Translations under genes and position numbers: made by a program
In this document: positions 9,235-21,200 of the stretch, piece after piece
Layout of the letters: each line of letters starts with the position of its first letter
Position numbering within the stretch: position 1 is the first letter of the stretch
The notes under the pieces: model-generated
What the model was told of the DNA's origin: nothing
The model's database searches: none
What the model saw: only the letters and a program-made list of their open reading frames with translations
Assembly (NCBI GenBank): GCA_002081575.1
Contig: JNBS01000224.1
Location: 62,001-84,125 of the forward strand
Direction of reading: 5' to 3'
Source: Thraustotheca clavata
Lineage: Eukaryota
DNA length: 22,125 nt

Positions 9235-12200
9235 ATGAAGCGATTTTTCCAGTTCCCAACATCGCCATTGCCAAAGAAGAAATATGAAGCAAAGCGACAG
9301 GAAATAGAGAATACATTGAAATCTATTGAAAGTAAGAAACAACTTCTCTATGGCAACGTTCAGACTGACGAATTTGACAACGATGTCATTGCTGAAGCTC
9401 CAGTAGTTGTTGAAACACCAAGTCGACCAGTATCACCAAGTAAACGATTGAATGCTGTGGCTTTTTCTAAACCTTCGTTTACTAATGAGCTACCAATGTC
9501 TTTGGCTATGGTATTCTCTTCGATGAATTCGTTTTCAACATCACCAAATAAAGATATCTTAAACTCTGCTACGACTGATGCACAATGGAGTTTAAAAGAT
9601 GTTTATCTTATACAAGAAAGTGAAGGAGATGATGTCAAGATTGGAGCTATTGAGCTACATGAATTTGCCAATTTAAAAGCTGCTCGTGAACTTATTGTTC
9701 GGTTTATTCCAAACGTTCCAAAGGGATTTAACTTTGTCGAAAATGACAAAATCATTGATCCAAATGATGAAGATTTAAGATTGTTATATGACGCTTTTCC
9801 TAAATCAATTAGGATCCAAGAAACTAAATCGTTCTTGTCAAAAGAAGAACGACAACGTCGATTACTTGTAAAAGACAGACAACAAGCAGCTTTTGAACAG
9901 TTTGTGCAACGAAGAACACAAGAACCAAAAGTAGTTGAACCATTGCACCTTAAAGCTCCCCAAGAAGAAGAAATTAAAGAGCCTGCACAAAGCATTGTAA
10001 CCAAAGTTACATTAATGCATGAAGAACCATCATCTCCAGTTGTAAAGCCACCAAAACATTTACTATGGGCCACAAGTGTGACTCTAAACATGCATGAATG
10101 TCATGTCAAGTTTCTCTATTTTCCAACACTTACAAGAGTAATTCTACGTGCCAAGATACCTGCAGCTAAACAATATGCAACTTTACCTATCCATGAGAAC
10201 GAATTTCGTAAATTAGTTGGTGCAAATGAAGAAGAACCTTTGCTTGGTAAGCTATAAAGTCTCAATCATACTTATTTCCTTGCCTAGATTACTCGCTGAA
10301 TGATGACAATACATATTCCATTACTTCAAACTTATTGTTACTAGAGCCATCAGAAGTTAACGGGTTATATCAACTACGCCTCAAGCGATATGTATACGTT
10401 GTAAAACCTCGCAAAGAACATCCTATTATACTAGAGGAGGTTGAAGACAAACAAGAAGAAAAAAGCCCACCTAAAAGTAAAATTATTGAACCTCCGGTAG
10501 TAGAAAAACACATTATTCCCAAGCACCCCAAGTCGGTGCGTAAAGTTGTAGCTATTCCTGAGCGCACACACGAAAAAGTTCATCATGTAGAACCTGTTGT
10601 TGTGCCAGAAACTCGAGCAAAAACATCACCACCAAAACAACGTGAAAGGCACATTATACCTCAAGAAATACCGAAACATCATGAACATAAACCTGTTAGC
10701 CCAGTCAAGACAGAACCAGAACCAAGAGCAGTGACAGCTTCACCTGCAAAAAGAACTGAGCACCATAAAGCAATTTTTAAATCGACCGAAAAACCAGTTC
10801 TTTCAACCAGTTCTGAAGAGCATCACCGCCGTATTCGGGCAAGTTTAGAATTGGCATCTCGAAAATCTAGTATCACAAATGATGTAGATGAAGCTACATT
10901 GACACCAAAAGCTACTCCTGTTGTACCAGAGGAACCTCATTTTAAACTTGCTCTGAAAAAACTTCGTGCTTTTGTTCACAGTGGGGCAGCAACCATGCAC
11001 CATTGTGACAACTACAAAGAAGAAATAGAAAAGCTCTATACTTCATCAAATCCCAAGTCCATTTCTTTAGCTCGACATTGCTTATTAGTTGCATTATGGG
11101 ATTTTCTTGTCTCCAACAATATTGATATAACCCCACATTCAATTTATTATTCTCTTGCCATTGAGAACGGTGAAAAAGCTCCAAACATTGTGCCTCAACT
11201 ATTGCTTGCTTTTGAAGATGAAATTGCTGTCTGTGATACTGGTCATATTCTTGAAATACAACAAGATATGAGGAAAGTTGTTATGGACGATGTTTCGAGT
11301 ATTGCACAGATTGCAGAAAAAAGAGCTGTATTGAGTGAAGATGAATTGAAAACTCTAAGTCTTTTTGAAGCAAAACTTACACTTATTTGTCATATATCTC
11401 TATGGTTTGAGCCAACACATATACGAACTACAATATTTGAAGGAATTTATCAAATTTTGAGTAAAAAAGAGCTGCCACTGGAAGAGCTAAAATTGACTTA
11501 TATCACTGCCAAAGAAAACCCATTCAAGTCATATTTAATAAAGAATCAGGCTTTACTTGAGTATGAACTAAAGGCTCTGCTTGAAATTCTTTATATTCTA
11601 GCCTACAGCTACTTTAACTCACCAAGGTGCTCAGTGAAGAAATTACGTCATTTCCATGTTCATGTATCAACCCAAGCTGAGCGAGTGCAAGTCATTTTAC
11701 AAGCAATCGACGAACAACCAGGAAAATTGAAAGAAGCTCATTTGGTTTATAGTGATATTTCAACCCAAGCCCATCTTGAGCGAATTTTTACTTTAATCCA
11801 AGTATTCCCACTGGTGAAGCCCATTATCAAAACTTGCAAACTTCCATCCTTTTTTAAAAACTTGGCAACCTACTTATCAACTTCGTACAATATGTTCAAA
11901 GTGAGACTATTAAATGCATTACGATCACACCACACTGTACAAGTTGCTCAAAGCTCTCGATTTCTTCTTGAAGTTATGCGAACCCATGTTCACCATAAGA
12001 GTCATTCAAGTTCAGACCCTATCGGACATTTTTTTCAAATGACATTTAGTCACACTTTAGGTCTTGAGAAAATCAACCTTGAGCGAGCAAGATTGAATTT
12101 ATCAAAGCTTCAAATTCACAGTGATTATTGCGTGGCAGCATATCGACATTGTACCATTTTATCCAACCTAGAGATTACTAAAAGAAAAGCAAGATGGGAT

Positions 12201-15200
12201 GCCATGACTGATATACCATCAGCAATGCTTCAGCGATATTTCTTCAAAGGTGAACAAGAGAGTATTTGTGAATTTGTGATTTTACTCACTGTTCGTGATC
12301 GTCCTGTTGTGTCAGAACAAGTTGATGTTGCTGAAGCAGAATTACCCCAAGAGCCATTACGATGGGAAGAAATTCAAGCAGATTATATTGATGAAGCAAA
12401 TAAAATTTGGAATCAATTATTGCATTGGCACCAGCAAAAAAGTAGTGATTTGCGTCTCCACATAGCATTTGGACTTAACATTCGACAAGCAACTGGGCAA
12501 TTTCTCACTTCCGAACTTCTTATGAACACAAATCTCAACTACTTTTTAAATCATGCTGGTGTTCACCATTTTGCTATTGCTTATACTGTGGTTGACCAAA
12601 CGATGCGTTTAACAATTCGATTTTATCAAGAAATTCATCATATACATGACAATGTCATTACCCACAGACAAAGTGTGAGCAATCGGTATGAAAATAATGC
12701 GTTCAATGAGGTCCTTTTGCATGTTGCGTCAATGAAAGAAAGTGCTGTTGATGTCTTTTTACTACAAAAAGGTCTTCACTTTATCACACAAAATTTGTTT
12801 ATTCAAAGACACCATGCGTGGGAACGATTACCTAAAGGCCGAGAATTTTACTCTTTTCTGGTTAATGGAAGACTTACTGCCCGATACTCTGAAGAACTCA
12901 TGGAATTGGCTCTTGACAAAATTTTCAAAGCAATTGTTAACAATACATCACTTTTAAGTATCGACCTATTACAACTTTTATTGAATATTTTACAACAAAC
13001 TAATGACACATGCATGGACAAAGATGACACTGCAGCTATGGTTCAGACAACTATTGAATTTATCGCAGTTGGAACTATACGACTTCTTCAGCATGTTTTA
13101 ATCACAACTCATGTGATATCTCCAGAGTTATCAATTCCATCACTTTCATCAGCTATTGCTTTACCTACATTGACCTCAAAACAGGTAATGTATTTATCAA
13201 ATACATACTCTAATCTAATTGAGTAGAAATGCTTTATTGATTGTGATGGCCTTGGAATGCTGCATGATATTATTTCAGCACCAACTTTTCTACCACATAC
13301 AATATTTGTGGATGATGTATCTACGAAAATTCTACTTGAAAATCTGGTTGTCCAAGTACTATTAACAAGTGAAATGTGTTCAGGTTCTCGTTCTATGATA
13401 GTACATCATGAAATGTGGTCCAAATACTTTTTACCAAGGGTAGAAGCTGGTGAACTTGAAATTTATGTTGGTTCTGTATTACAAGGTCTTGGAGACCTTG
13501 TTTTGGGCACACATGAGAAGCACATGTATTCCTTATTAATTCAATGTAGTTGTGGTTGCCCTCGTAATTTACACTGGTTTGTTGGATTAATGTGTCAATA
13601 TTCTTATATTATTTCTATAGGACTAGTGAAGTATATGAATCAATTCTCCAACTTTATTTGGATTTAGTTATCACAAATGCAGGAGCACGTTGGGCTCAAG
13701 AACACGATATGGCTGGAATACTTTTACTTATTAAGTTGTTTGATACGTTTTACATTCAATTACTCCCAGAGACGTCCAAGATTAAAATATCACTTATACA
13801 TACTATTTACACTTTAGCACGCAAGATTAAGCTACCTGAAAGCCGTGTAAAGTTTTTTGAGATCATTCCACTCGAACTTTTATCTCTTTACACCCGTGGA
13901 AAAGCTCCACAAGTAAATCTTGAAATATTTCGAGTATTTGCATCACTTATGCATCTTGGGATTTTACGTAAAATACCACAACTTTCTACTGGAGTCTTTG
14001 GCACAGTCTTTATAGAACTTACAACATTAATCGTGGAGGCAGTTCTTCCTCATCCTTTAGATGTAATTCCTGCTCTTTGGTCCGATTCCGACTTGTCAAA
14101 GAAGATTTTTAAAGGATCAAAATTGTTTAACATCTTTTGTGAAGAACATCATGCCAGTCTTGCTTTAGACCCAAAAGCAACAGATCGAGATGGTACAATG
14201 CCAAGTATTTTAATGTTGTATGTCGAGTTAATTGACAGCAAACTTGACAAAGCACTCGAGTCATTACAACTACCAGCAATTATGGGATTAGTGTGCCTAC
14301 TATATGACCCAGCAATTACTCGAATTTTCATCAAAGATAACCTTATTGTAAAAATTCTAGAGCTCCACGAAGCTATCACATTGCCATTTATTTCAACAAA
14401 ACAACAACAATGCATCATGGCAGTAGCTCTACTTTGCACTCATATTTCTCTTGATGGCAATCTTGCAACTCATTTGAGTTCACAGATTTTTAAACGTATT
14501 TTACAACACTCGTATAGCAGTATAGCTCGTATCAATCGAAGTCGATCTAATGGGCTCGATTATTATGTTTGCCATGTCAATAGAACAGGAACGATTGATG
14601 TATATGAACACCCAGCTCCAATTGTTGGAAAGAAAACAGTAGTTCACGATATGGTTAAAACACTCTCGAGTTTAAAAGCTAAAATGAAGCAAATTGAATT
14701 AGAAGCTATAAATCCTACTGCTCGAGATGGTCCAAGAAGTTCAATTATGATTCTTTCAACGAAACAAAATCGATTGCTTGAATGGGAAGAAAACTTGGAA
14801 CTTAATGTAGAAGACCGTGATGATCGTACTTCTACTGTTTATTTTATATTGATCAATGCAATATCATGCATGACATCAAATCTGTTTGCAATCAAAGACT
14901 CTGAAGAAATTAAAGTTATATCGCAATCGATTGTGGTACGTATACTTGATCAAATTTCGTTAATGTACTATGCTCTAGAGCTACTTTATAGCTGAAGAAT
15001 TGACACCACCAGAGTATTTTGTAGCTGCATATTGCTTTGCACTCAAAAATATTGTCTTTGCTGTATTTCAAGATATATCAATCAATGAAATATGGGAGCA
15101 GGCAAAGCTAAACCAATTTCTTAAAAAGCTTTTTGGATTTATCCAAATGCACCAAAAGAAGATTACAGCTCTAAATATTTCACTTGGCCAAGAGTATTCA

Positions 15201-18200
15201 CTTGAATTACTTTGGAGTCTGGTTCTTGCATCCAAAGGAAAAGAAGCATGGTTTTTAAAAGATGACACTGAAATAATCACTGCAACAATACCAATTCCAT
15301 TAAAGACAACAATGTCCGTATTAACCAAAGCATTAATAGACGATGGACCTAAACCTCATCAACTTGATCGAGGTAAACTAAAAGTACTCGGAGATGCTGC
15401 TGGTAGTCCTGATCCTGTTGTTTGTGAGTTTGCATGTGCTGTTTTGGCTACATTGATATGTGATTCTCATGTTGCTAACTTTTTTTTGACTGAAATTGGA
15501 TATAACAAACTACTTACAATGCTACAACAACATCGCACAAAGTCTTCTACTCGACAGCTTCATGCACTACATAGTGACAATCTTGCTGATTTATCAACAG
15601 ATATCAGACAAATTTATGGATCAAACTTACTTTATGATTTACAATACAAAATGAACCGTGAACTTCGAGCAATGACTCAGCTATTGCGTTTAGTGTCTTA
15701 TTGCATTAGAATTGTAGCAACTAACTTTGGTATTTCCAACGATTATATCACAAAATCAGAGGTAAGAATTGGATAGTGATTTCCATTTAAAATGTGTTAG
15801 AAACCCACAAAAGACTACTTTGTTTCTCTAATACACCACGTGACTGAACCTCCTTTGCTCTCACAAGTATTCAAAGGCATTCGTTATTTGATCCATTTTA
15901 CAATACCAGAAAACTTTGATGCGTATTTTACCAAAGCAGATTATGAAAGATTATTTACATTATGCTTTGAACCACCCTTTCAAATCCAGTCAAGTGGTTT
16001 AAAGTGTACTCGATTCTTAATACGAAAATATGGCATTAATATATGCCTTACTCGAATGATGTATGATGCAAGACTTAAAATTGTGTTATTGTTTGCCAGT
16101 GTTAATATCAAGTTACAGATAGAGGTATGAATATCTCATTAACCTTGTTATGTATGCTGGATAGGCGGTATATGTGCTATTTGAAATTTCTTTGAATTAC
16201 CTCAATAAAAAGCAAAGAAAATCATTAGCTCAAACTTTTGACACTGAGGAAACACGACCAATCCTTGCCTCATTATTCACCAAGTTTCAAAGTTTAATTA
16301 CAATTGAATCTTCAAAAGCATCGGCTCAACAACTTATGGATATCCTTATTCGATTAATTATTCAGCTTGACTTGCTAAATTTTGTCGATGACGATTATTT
16401 GGTTGAAGCTATTTGCCGAATGATAGAGACTATTACACCTGATGCTAAAGCTAATGAGACTATCACCGACTCTGCAAATGATGCAAATTCAGGCCATACA
16501 CCCTTGAGACCAATGGTATTTTCATAGCATGTTTATTTACTCAATTTATGTATAGCTATGTGCAGCACTAGCAAAGCTGGTATGTAAAGGTCAAAATTCT
16601 AATCGATTCTTGAGAGTATCACGCCTTGATTCGATTTTGAGAATTTTAAGCCAAGAATCGACATTAGGGGAATTAATGGACTTGGCATGTATACTTTTGA
16701 CACTAGCAACTGAAGAGACTGCAATTGCCATTTACTTTGGTACATATACATCACAGGCAATCAAACATATTTGCCATGTACTTTGCAGCTTTTATGAACT
16801 TCAAATGGTGAATACAAATCCTGAATCCATTCCTGTTATTGATGAAGATGATAATAACAATACAACAGCAGAAATCGTGTCGGATACGTTTGATATGGAA
16901 GAAATTAGTGATATGGGTGAAAATTCAAAATACAAGAAATTCCATACAATAAAGCAGCGTTTATTACTAAAAATCTTTTTTCCAAAGACTGAAGAGCTCA
17001 AAATTTCACGGCACCTTGACAAAATCTACAAATATGTAAATTTACTTATTTTATAGTGTCCTGATGAAATCACTTTAGTACTTGAAATTGTTGGCTTTAA
17101 TATTGGAAGCACATCAAGAAGTTATTGAAATACATGGTTGTCGGTGTACATTTCGTGATGGATGTCCGCAATGTGCTCCATCCGATTTACTGAGAAAGGT
17201 TAAAGTTGAAATATTGCAAGCAATATTGATGTATCTTGTAGGCTAATGGTGCAAATGTTTGCCGATGGCTTTTACTATCAAAAAGAATTCCAATAACTAA
17301 TGGTGCAAGCTACATGACAGCACCAGAGAAAGAAGCTGATGTAATTGTATTTCATACTTTGCGTCTTTTACGAAGTGCATGTTTAAATCATTTATTTCGT
17401 GTTGATTTCTTGGAAGGAAGTACAAAACCATTAGCAAGTCAATCAACAACAGCACTTTTGGAAATGCGTACAATATGTAGCAATGTGAATGTATTATCTT
17501 CAAAATACACTCTCCTCGATTGTGTTATGATAATTGCACAATTATGTTCAGAAGATGGTGTACGTGAATATATTGGTATTAACCTAGAAATGGCTTCTTA
17601 TATTTTTGCTATCATCAATGACAAGTAATTTTGATTGTACTATTATGTCAACTTAAATTTTTCCTAGAACACAAATTCAAGTACCTTATATGCTACGAGC
17701 AACTCTATTAGTTCTTTGTCGCCTAGCATCTAGTGAATCAATGTTACATCAGCCAACATTTAAGAGAACCATTCGATTGACATGTTCACTACTGGATATG
17801 GTGATTAATGATGATATGTGTATGAACAACATGCTGATGTTTTACAGAAATACTGTAGCTTACAGCAAACAAGTATCTCCATATATTCATCAGCACATGA
17901 ATGATAGTGTTTTGGCATCTCTTTGTCGACTATTTAAAATCAAAATGCCTCATGACTCCGCTTTTGATGTGGAAACCAGTTTAAATATGACTGCTGCTGA
18001 TGCTTTAACTCATTTACTTTTTGTACAGCATAAAACTTTACGCAAAGTCTCGAAAGGAACTTCACAACAATTGAATAAAGAAGGCTCAGTAAAATTTCAA
18101 TTTAAACAAAAAAATCCACCTCAAGCACCAATTGCTGCAGTATTTCGTCGAATTGGTGCAGCTTGGCAACAACACTTGGATAATATGAATCAAGATGACT

Positions 18201-21200
18201 TGACATTGTTTGCTGGTATGGATGAGAAGCTTGATTCAATTTATGCTTGTTTGTATGGAGACAAAAGTGATGAAAAACTATTTCACGATTTATTAGCGAT
18301 TCATACAAAATTACCACCAGAACCATCCCCACGTGAAATTGCTGCAATTCCAAGTACTTTAACAGCACTTGGTCCATTGGTGCCATTGGTATTCCCAGCC
18401 TATTTTGCAATGGAACACCCAGTACCAGCAGATTTACGTGAATATTCTTTTCACCGATACCTTGATCATGTACCAGGCTCAGCATCATTGTGGAAAGTAC
18501 TTCGTAAACTATTTAAAAGCTCTAGGCAACGCAGTAAAATTCAAGAACTTACAGAGACCCAGACTTCTCAATTATTACGAATTTTGACGGTGTGTGCTCC
18601 AGAACGACGAACTAAATTATCTGTTGCATCAAGTGCGTGGATGGTGGGTGTTGAAATGGAGTATATTAGATTTGTTCATGATGTCGTGTACTCACATCCT
18701 CATTTACGAAGTGCAAAAATATTTGACACTGTGTCCCAAGCTGCTTTAAGATATTTTACAGCAGCTTATCGTGATCCTAATGTCGATGCATTTTCTTGTC
18801 GAATGCGAGGATTTGTACTTTTACATGCTTTTACCTCTGATATGGGTCTTGTTGCTTCATTTGCTACCCACTTAATATCTGAAAAAAATGATACTGAAGA
18901 TGGTGTTCCTACTCGTGCTCTTTGGTGCCTTAGTGGACTTGTACTAACTCGTCGTAAAACAGTGTGGAAATGCAAAGAAAGAGCAAAACAACCATTAATG
19001 ACATTAACCTATTTAGCTCTTGATATTGCACACTCAAGTATGTTACCTTATGCCCTTGGAGTGTTTTCTGCTTTAGTTCAATTTAATCAAGACTTTTTAC
19101 TCTGGTACCTCTTGATAGGAGGCTTTGGAACTCTAGTTGAAATACTTGAGTTAGAGTTAGAACACCAAGATGCTCCTGTTGTCCCTTCTCGATTACAAAT
19201 TCTAAGGATAACTTTAGAGCTCATGGGCCAAAGTATTGATATTGTAGCTAGTGGGAAAATTGATAAACCTGTGGTATCAATGGTACTTGCAAACCTAAGA
19301 GTATTCACTCGCCTCCTAAAGTTGACAGCTCATACCAAGACAGAAATTAAACAAGCTGCAATGAGTGTAGTCATGGCTCTCACCAAATCCCACAAAGCAT
19401 GCGAAGCATTATTTACATTTGAGTCACACCAAGGTGTGCTACCACTTTTGAACTATCATGATGAAGCCTATATTTCAGCAAAGTTAGATCAGCTGAAATT
19501 ACTATTTGGTCCTAATACAATTGAACGCGATGGCCATATAGTATTCATTGAGACAGATACAACTATCGATTTGAAAAAGTATATTGCTCTATCAAGTGTC
19601 CGATTTTTGCAGCAATTAAAGCCAACATCGATTATTAAACTCACAAGGAGTATGGAGTCAATTACACCAGCATCAGTTGATACAAAAACTTTAATGATTA
19701 TGTTTGATGGCCGGTGTGTCAGTGTGCCACTTTGGCTAATTGCAAAATTTGTTGAAAGAGAATCGTTTAAAAACCTCAGTCAAAATCGAGATGATCATTG
19801 TGTTACTGAACAAGTTGCAGTGATGAATGCACTTTTGGGTACCTTTGTTGATGTTAAAAAGGAAAAATGTCATCGTCTAAGCAGAGAAGAATACATGGCA
19901 ATTTTGGATGAAAAAGAGAGAAATATGATTGCCCAAACACTTTGGCGAACTCTAAAATATATCAATTATGTCCCGAAGCGCCCACAATTTATTCAGCAAA
20001 TATGCCGGGCACTTATTGAAGAACAAGCATGCTTAAATCGTACTGTTCGTCGTGCAACAATTTCAAGCGATGATTATGCTCAATATCGACGCCAATTTGT
20101 ATTAAATGGTTTATTTGCATTTCTTCGTAAAAGTTTATTGCTAAGATCATTGTCACTGGAAAGCATTGGGGCAATGGGGCGTCACATGCCACCATGTCAA
20201 GAATTCCATGAAGAATTATTAACCGATGCTAATATGCTTCTGATCAACCAAGGAGCGATTACAATTTCTTTAAGACCAAGTATATTTGATTTCAAGCATA
20301 AAACAAAGGTGTGGAAACGAAAATTTGGTCCTGGTGATATTCTTTGGTGTCCATCATGGATTTCCAGTGATTCACGTATAGAGCCATATTCCCAGGCAAA
20401 ATATCAAGTTGTTGAAATCAAACCTCACACAACAGTATTTATTTGGTCAAAAGATAGACATTTGCATTGTCTTCCAGCACAAGAAAGAGATGAATTATCA
20501 CAAGACATTACAGATATAATATCTTCAATGCTCTCGACAGGGACAGTGTCGATACCTGAACGTATTGCAGAATTTTGCAGAGAGCATACTAATTTACAAC
20601 AACTTCAAAAGTATGGGCTACAAACTTTGGCTAATTTGGCATGTGGAAATACGGCTTATGGGAAGATGTTTATTCAAGATTTACCACTTCTTAATGCAGT
20701 GACATCTATAGCTTTTTCCACATTAGATGAACCATTAATTATTAGTGCCATCCAAGCTTTGAGGTGCATTACCAAAGACCAAGAAAATTGCAGTGCTTTC
20801 TATTCAACACCAATTGACTTGTTTGGTTCATCAACTATACTCCAGGGTATATTTAATCACATTCATCTTTGGGGATTGTCTGCTCCTATTGCAACAGAAG
20901 TAATCGAGCTACTTCGTCAATTTTATAAACTATTGCCATTTTGCAAGTCTACGATTCCAACAATGTGGCAAGAAGTACATTATAAGTATTTTCGTGATTT
21001 TTTGACTACTGATAACACTTTACTGCAAGAACAAGTTGCTGGTTTAACTCGTGAACTACTGACAACTTCTTGTGATCTTGCTGAGATGTTTGCCAAGGGA
21101 TCATTACATTTGTCATTTTCCCAACTAATCGGACGATGTGCATCAACTTTACTTCCTGATGTACTTCATATCGTATTACTCTTTTGCAAAGAGCCAAATA

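Noticed and set aside
17243..17308. 12-bp direct repeat CTAATGGTGCAA at 17243 and 17297
   Set aside because: Only two copies inside a coding exon (NGA peptide twice); not a CRISPR array or a target-site duplication.
9235..17628. Reading the successive plus-strand ORFs as separate genes, an operon or a frameshifted pseudogene
   Set aside because: Every break coincides with a 39-44-nt GT...AG segment whose removal restores the frame, so this is one spliced gene.
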